NCBI RefSeq assembly: GCF_009914755.1
Contig: NC_060947.1
From: the human T2T-CHM13v2.0 reference genome, Homo sapiens
Length of the DNA stretch: 64,000 nt
Strand: one strand, 5' to 3'
Below, piece after piece: positions 57,769 through 64,000 of this stretch. The notes beneath the pieces are model-generated. The model worked only from the letters and a program-made list of their open reading frames with translations, ran no database searches and had not been told where the DNA came from. Positions within the stretch are counted from its first letter, which is position 1. Each line of letters starts with the position of its first letter. The position numbers and the translations under genes are program-made.

Positions 57769-59409
57769 TAAGAGTGACACATAAAAGGAAAGAAAAACTG
57801 TTTTTCCATTTCATTATTCCCATATTACCTGAAAGAAAAATCCAGCTTATAAAGGAAACCGTTCACCCTTTCTTCACCTATTTTTCCTAAGAGCTGGTGC
57901 ATTAAAAAAAAAAAAATGTTGAAACAGCCATGCCCTGAGAGAGTTTTGCTTATTGCATAGAAGAATTGTTATAATATCAAATTAAATTGCATTGCACAAG
58001 AAAGAACCACACTTTTGTGTAACTCAAAGAATATTTCCTCAAACCTGAAACAGTTTTCAATGGTTTGCACAGTGAATTAGTTCTGTAGCCCGTATTCATA
58101 ATAGGAGTTTTACTTATGTTCTACAGCTGATGAAGCTGAAAATGGGCCTTGTGCTTTGGGGGTTTAGTTTCTCATTTGGAATTCATAGAAGAAAGCTTAT
58201 TTTACCATTTTAAATTTAAAAAAATTAAAAAACAAATATATTATGAGTTCCTGCTTAATGGAATGCTCAGAATGAGTCACATTTATTTGAAACTGTCTCA
58301 GCGGGCTCTTTTTATTATTTAAAGAATATACTTATGAAAAGATTCCTAGAAATCCTTTGGTAAAAAAATGCACAATTCATAAAAAGCATATGTATTAAGA
58401 GTAAGGACACCGTATTTCTCTTTTCAGACTCACCTAGTAATCCTTTTTTCTTCCTGATTATAAATTTTCCAGGAAGCAAATGACAGTGAATATGTTTGTT
58501 CCTTTTACCAGGATGCCAGCTATAATTTTTTTTTCGTTCTGTCTAGTTCTTATCGCTCTCAATGCTAGAAGAATGACAGTGAATGTCAATTTCATTCACC
58601 GCTATATGTATCCTTCTGGTTTTCATATTTGGAAAGCTTACTGAAGGAGATAAAATACATGTTGCATTCTAGGTAACTATACCACAGAAAAAAATGACTA
58701 GAACATCTCTTGTAAATAACCTTCAGTTGTTGATATCCTTGTGTACTTGGAACCTTTTCAATATTGAAGCCTCACATATTCCTATAAGGCTATCAGAATG
58801 CTATTATCATAAAGCGGGAACATACTTAATAGGATATACTACTCTATATTTCTACATGTTATAAAGGTTTCAATATATATTGTAAAGTCTGCTCTTCTAT
58901 GAAGGTGCACATGTTTGTGTGTGTATGTACACACATACACGCATTTGCATAGATACGTCTTGGCAAAATAATATTCAAACTTAGTCTATTTGCTCTTTTA
59001 GAATTCTTATTATTTAGTGTACTTTAGGTTTCTGTATTTAGGGATTATCAGGCATAAAAGATTTAAGACATTTTTAGTTGAAACAATGCAGTTTGTTGGA
59101 ATCAACTCATCTTCAATCTGCATATGCTACTTCAAACAGGAAATATGTTCTTTAAAGAGTAGAAATAATGTTATGCATAGGGTAGGGAATTGATCACTTT
59201 AATAGCCATTTATTGGGCATCTGCTATTGTCAGGCCAAGATAAATATGACATGATGCTCGCTTTCAAAAGGCTAACAAATAAAAGATATGATTGGGATCA
59301 TATAGAATTCAGGGTTAAACACACACACATACACACACAGGTGTGCACACACACGTGACACTAATAAATTCATAGCATATCAGAATAAGAAGGGGTTTAG
59401 AGCATATAC

Positions 59410-59640
59410 AAGCACTTTTTGAACACGTGCAGTGACTGAGAACTTGTTAACTCTTAAAACAGCTCATTCCATCATTGGCCAGCTATCTGTTAGAAAGGAT
59501 TTTTCTTACATTAAATCAAAACCTATTGCTTTGTCACTTCGACACTATAGTCCTAGTTATTCCCTCAGGGACCATAGGAAATAAATCCCAATATACTTTT
59601 TGAGAATATTATTCATTTTAAGCTTTCTCTGTATTGAAAT
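59410..59640 (-). mobile_element. L3/CR1 fragment
   Basis: ttgaacac..cagtgac..cagctcattccat..ggccagct..tgttagaaag..ttctta resembles antisense CR1 3' ORF2. Confidence 0.55.
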
Positions 59641-59839
59641 GATAAGAGACTCAACCCTTATTCATACATTCTATCATCACTGAGAGAAATCTTAATATTT
59701 ATGCTAAGAAAGCATGACATCTTATTTTTAAGTTTTATGAAAAAGTCCATGTTTTTAACTTGCAAATGTCAAATATTGGCTAAACTCAGGACTTAAAGTA
59801 GATTTAATGATGGTAAAAGGGGGAAAATACATAGGAAAA

Positions 59840-59970
59840 TAGCATTTATTCACTGTTTACTGGACACTGGAAACTATGATAAAAACTTACTCATATATCA
59901 CATAGTATCAACAAACAGTCCCATTAAGTGATATTTTATTCCCATTTTCCAGATGAGGAAAGTAAATTTC
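59840..59970 (-). mobile_element. MIR fragment
   Basis: tattcccattttccagatgaggaaa core. Confidence 0.65.
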
Positions 59971-60199
59971 AAATAGCAGATACTGCTTTTCAATCCATGT
60001 GGGTTTGTCTTCTGGCCTCTGCTTGAGATTTTGCTTGCTGCAATACTGACTTTCATGATTCACCTTGCTTCTTTAGTCATCTGGCCTCTCAAACCCTGGC
60101 CTAGACGTTTAGCTCCCCCAGTTCTCAGATGCCCTTTCTACCCTTTGCAGAATCATTAGGTTCCTGGATCTGACCAACAAGTAGTGCCTGAATATACTC

Positions 60200-60955
60200 G
60201 TGCTTTCTTTTCACTCTGTTAGTTGTTTTCTTTGCTGTATAGAAGCTTGATGGAACCTTATTTGTCTATTTGTGTTTTTGCTGCCTCTGCTTATGAGGTC
60301 ATGTCCAAGAAATCATTGCTGAGACCAATGTCATGAAGCTTTTTATTTACGGTTTCTTAGTAGTTTTAAATTTTCAGGGGTTGAGTGTGGTGCTTCATAC
60401 CTGTAAGCCCAGCACTTTTGGAGGCTGAAGCAGGAGGATTGCTTGAGCCCAAGAGTTCTAGACCCTAGGCAACATAGTGAGACCCCATCTCTATACAAAT
60501 ATTATTTCAAAACTTTTAAAGAAAATAAAGTTTCAGTTCTTAAGTTCAAATGTTTAATCCATTTTGAGTTGATTCTGTATATTGTGTGAGATAAGCACCT
60601 AATGTTATTCTTCTGTCTGTGAATATTCAGTTTTCCTCACATCATTTATTGAAGAGACTATGTGTTCTTTCTATTGTGTGCTGTTGGCAACTTCATAGAA
60701 AATCAAATAACTCTAAATACATGGATTTATTTCTGGGATTTTTATCCTGTTCCATTTGTTGATGTGTCTGTTTTTATGCCATTACCGTGCTGTACCACTT
60801 TTATTTTTATTTTTTATTGATATATAATATTTGTATATATTTATGGTGTACATGTGATGTTTTGTTACATTCATAGTATGTGCAGTGATCAAGTCACGGT
60901 ATTTATGGTATCCATCATCTTGACTATTTATCCTCTCTGTGTGTTGGAAACATTA
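60200..60955 (-). mobile_element. L1MA-type ORF2 fragment followed by a separate L1MA 3' end (from ~60797); FLAM/Alu monomer on + at ~60377-60530
   Basis: tttaatccattttgagttgatt, attgatatataatatttgtatatatttatgg, and Alu-like gcaggaggattgcttgagcccaagag. Confidence 0.75.
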
Positions 60956-61089
60956 CTCACCCTACTGTAACGTTAAACTCACCTACTCACTATACTCACA
61001 CTACTCACCATACTCTACTATTAAACATTAGAATTTATTACTTCTCGCCCTACTCTAATATTAACTATACTCACCCTACTCAAATATTA

Positions 61090-63488
61090 TTCATTCTTGT
61101 GTTGCCTTCTATCTCGTTTCTTAGGTCTAGTAGTAATTATTTTCTAAGCGGGAGCTTCAGTTTTTGTTGCATATATATTTAGAATTGTGATATTTTCCTG
61201 TTGAACTAGTCCTTTTATCATTATGTAATGTCCCTCTTTGTCTTCTTATTCTGCCATTCTTTATCTTTTAAATGGACCATTTAGGGCATTTACATTCAAT
61301 GTTAGTATTGAGATGTGAGGTACTGTTTTATTCACTGTGCTATTTCTTGCCTGAATATTTGGATTTTTTTTTCATTGTGTTATTGCTTTATAGATCTTGT
61401 GAGATTTATGCTTTAAGGAGGTTCTATTTTCATGTACTTTGAAAATTTGTTTCAAGATTTAGAGCTCCTTTTAGTTGTTCTTATAGTGATGGCTTGGTGG
61501 AGGCGAATTTCCTCAGCATTTGTTTGTCTAGAAAAGACTCTATCTTTCCTTCATTTATGAAGCTTAGTTTTCCTGGATACAAAAATTTTGGCTGATAATT
61601 GTTTGGTTTAAGGAGGCTAAAAATAGGACACTACTCCCTTCTAGCTTGTAGGGTTTCTGCTTAGAAATCTGTTGTTAATCTGACAGGTATTTCTTTATAG
61701 GTTACCTGATGCCTTTTCTTCAGAGCTCTTAGATCATTTCCTTCATCTTGACTTTGGATAACCTGAAGACTATGTGCCTAGGCAATGATCTTTTCACGGT
61801 GAATTTCCCAGGTGTTCTTTGAGCTTCTTGTATATGGATGTCTATATCTGTAGCAAGACTGGGGATGTTTTCTTCAATTATTTCCTCAAATAAGTTTTCT
61901 GAACTTTAAATTTCTCTTCTTCCTTGGGAACACCAATTATTCTTAGTTTAAATTTTTAACATAATCCCAAACATTTGGAGGCTTCGTTCATTTGTTTTAA
62001 ATTCTTTTTTCTTTGTCTTTGATGGACTGGGTTATTTCAAATGCCTCGTCTTCACGGTCTGAAGTTCTTTCTTCTGCTTGTTCAATTCTATTGCTGAGAC
62101 TTTCCAGCACATTTTGCATTTCTTTAAGTGTGTTCTTGATTTCCAGAAGTTGTGATTGTTTTTTATTTACGCTATCTATTTCACTGAAAAAATTTCCTTT
62201 CATATCCTGTATCATGCTTTTTGACTCCTTTAAGGTGGACTTCACCATTCTCTGGTGTCTCCTCAATTAGCTTAATAATTGACCTTCTGGATTCTTTTTC
62301 TGGCAATTCAGTGATTTTGTCTTGGTTTGGATCCATTGCTGGTGAGCTGGTATAATCTTTTGAAGGTGTTAAAGAACCTTGTTTAGTCATATTACCAGAA
62401 TTATTTTACTGGTTCCTTCTCATTTTGGTAGACTATGTCAGAGGGAAGATCTGGGACTCAAGTGCTGCTGTTCAGATTCTTTTGTCCCACAAGGTGCTCT
62501 CTTAATGTGGTGCTCTCCCCCTTACCCTAGGAATGGGGCTTCCTGAGAGCCAAAATGCAGTTACTGTTTTTGCATTTTTTTTGGTCTAGCCACTCAGCGA
62601 AGCTACCGGGCTCCTGGCTGGTACTGGGGAGTGTCTGCAAAGACTCCCGTGATGTGATCCATCTTCAGGTCTTTTAGCCACGGATACCAGCACTTGCTCC
62701 TGTGGAGGTAGCAGGGGAGTGAAGTGGACTGTGAGAGGGTTTTTGGTTGTGTTTTTAATACACTGGTTTTGTGTTGGTTGGCCTCTAGCCAGAAGGTGGC
62801 GCTTTAGAGCGCATTAGTTGTGGTTCTATAGGGAGGAGGCAAACTTGCCCTAGAAACTCCTTGTTAAGTATTCAGGTTTCTCAGGCTATAGGCAGGGCCT
62901 ATAAGAGATTACCACCTTTGTTTTTGGCGACTAGGGCCCGTAGAGAAAGACCACCACGTGGGGTCAGGGATAGGCATGTGGGAGGTCAGCCTCTCCTTAG
63001 GTGGGGCTTGCTGTGGCTGCTGTGGGGAATGCGGGTGTGGTTCCCAGTCCAATGGAGTTATATTCCCAGGGGGATTATGGCTGCCTCTGCTGAGTCATAC
63101 AGGTCACCAGGGAAGTAGGGAAAAGCCAGCAGTCACAGGCCTCACTTCACTCCCACTAAGCCTGTAGTCCTAAAGGCCAGTCTCACTCTCACCGTGCCCC
63201 TCCAACAGCACCAAGTCTGTTTCCAGGCAGCCAGTGACCAGGGCCAAGAACTTGGCTCAGACAATGAGCCTCCCGATTGAGAAAGCAAGCAGACTCAGTT
63301 TTTCGGTGTCTCAGGGAACCTGCAGTGGCAATCCAGTTTCTTCAAAGGGTCTGTGGATTCTCTTGGCTTTCCTGGCAACTTCCTGTGATAGTTCCTGGAG
63401 CAAAAGTTCACGATGTGAGTCTCCACACACTGTTCTGTCCATCTGAGCGGGAGCTGCAAGCTAGGCCTGCCTCCTAGTCACCATCTTA
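61090..63488 (-). mobile_element. L1PB-lineage (L1PBa-like) 5' part: 5'UTR, ORF1 and start of ORF2; 3' part missing
   Basis: 5' end AAGATGG..TAGGAGGCAGG..TAGCTTGCAGCTCCC on minus. ORF1 coiled-coil peptides in the track (61997-62390). Confidence 0.85.
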
Positions 63489-63489
63489 A

Positions 63490-64000
63490 TTCTCAGGTAT
63501 TTCTTTATAGTAATGCAAGAACAGCCTAATACAGAAGATTGGTATGGAGAGTAGGGCATTGCTATAAATATACCTGAAAATGTGAAAGAAGCTTTGGAAC
63601 TGGGTCATGAGAAGCGGCTGGAAAAATTTGGAGGGCTCAGAAAAATACAGGATGAGGAAGATGAGGGAATATTTGGAACTTCTTAGAAACTGGTTAAATG
63701 GTTGTGACTAAAATGCTTATAGTGATGTGGACAATGAAAGCCAGGCTCCTGAGGTCTCAGATGAAAATGAGAAACTTATTGGGAATTAGAGTAAAGGTCA
63801 TTAATATTATGTCTTAGGTAAATACTTGGCTGCATTCCGTTCATGTCCTAGGGATCTTTAGAAGTTTGAACTTGAGGATGATAATCTAGTGTATCTGGTG
63901 GAAGAAATTTCTAAGCAGCCAAGCATTCAAGAGGCAGGAAAACTTGCTAGGACAATAGAAAGCAGAAGTGTTGTTGCAGAGATCCCTCCCTCTATTTTTT
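63490..64000 (+). mobile_element. 3' tip of an MST LTR (to ~63533) followed by MaLR internal sequence, running off the window
   Basis: tctcaggtatttctttatag...ctaataca, then ttggta...gctataaatatacctgaaaatgtg...gctttggaactggg. Confidence 0.85.

Overview
Primate (most likely human) nuclear DNA made almost entirely of interspersed repeats. It contains L1s from old L1M to L1PA3, including one full-length, multiply interrupted L1PA7-like copy at 22400-29810. It also has about 10 Alus/FLAMs, MaLR LTRs (THE1, MST, MLT1), three ERVL-class proviral remnants, a solo ERV9 LTR12C, a solo HERV-K14-type LTR, L2/MIR/L3 fragments and several microsatellites. I found no cellular protein-coding exon, RNA gene, CRISPR array or prokaryotic system, and every long ORF in the track is repeat-derived. 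Subfamily names come from my recollection of consensus sequences and need RepeatMasker/Dfam confirmation; boundaries of old elements are approximate. The most unusual signal, which repeat annotation does not explain, is a set of locally templated rearrangement scars. These are two inverted copies of sequence taken from ~1.4 kb away (one inside an AT-rich palindrome), a short direct copy, a fold-back scar in a young L1, a patchwork junction and a micro-inversion. I cannot support a genuinely new biological system here.
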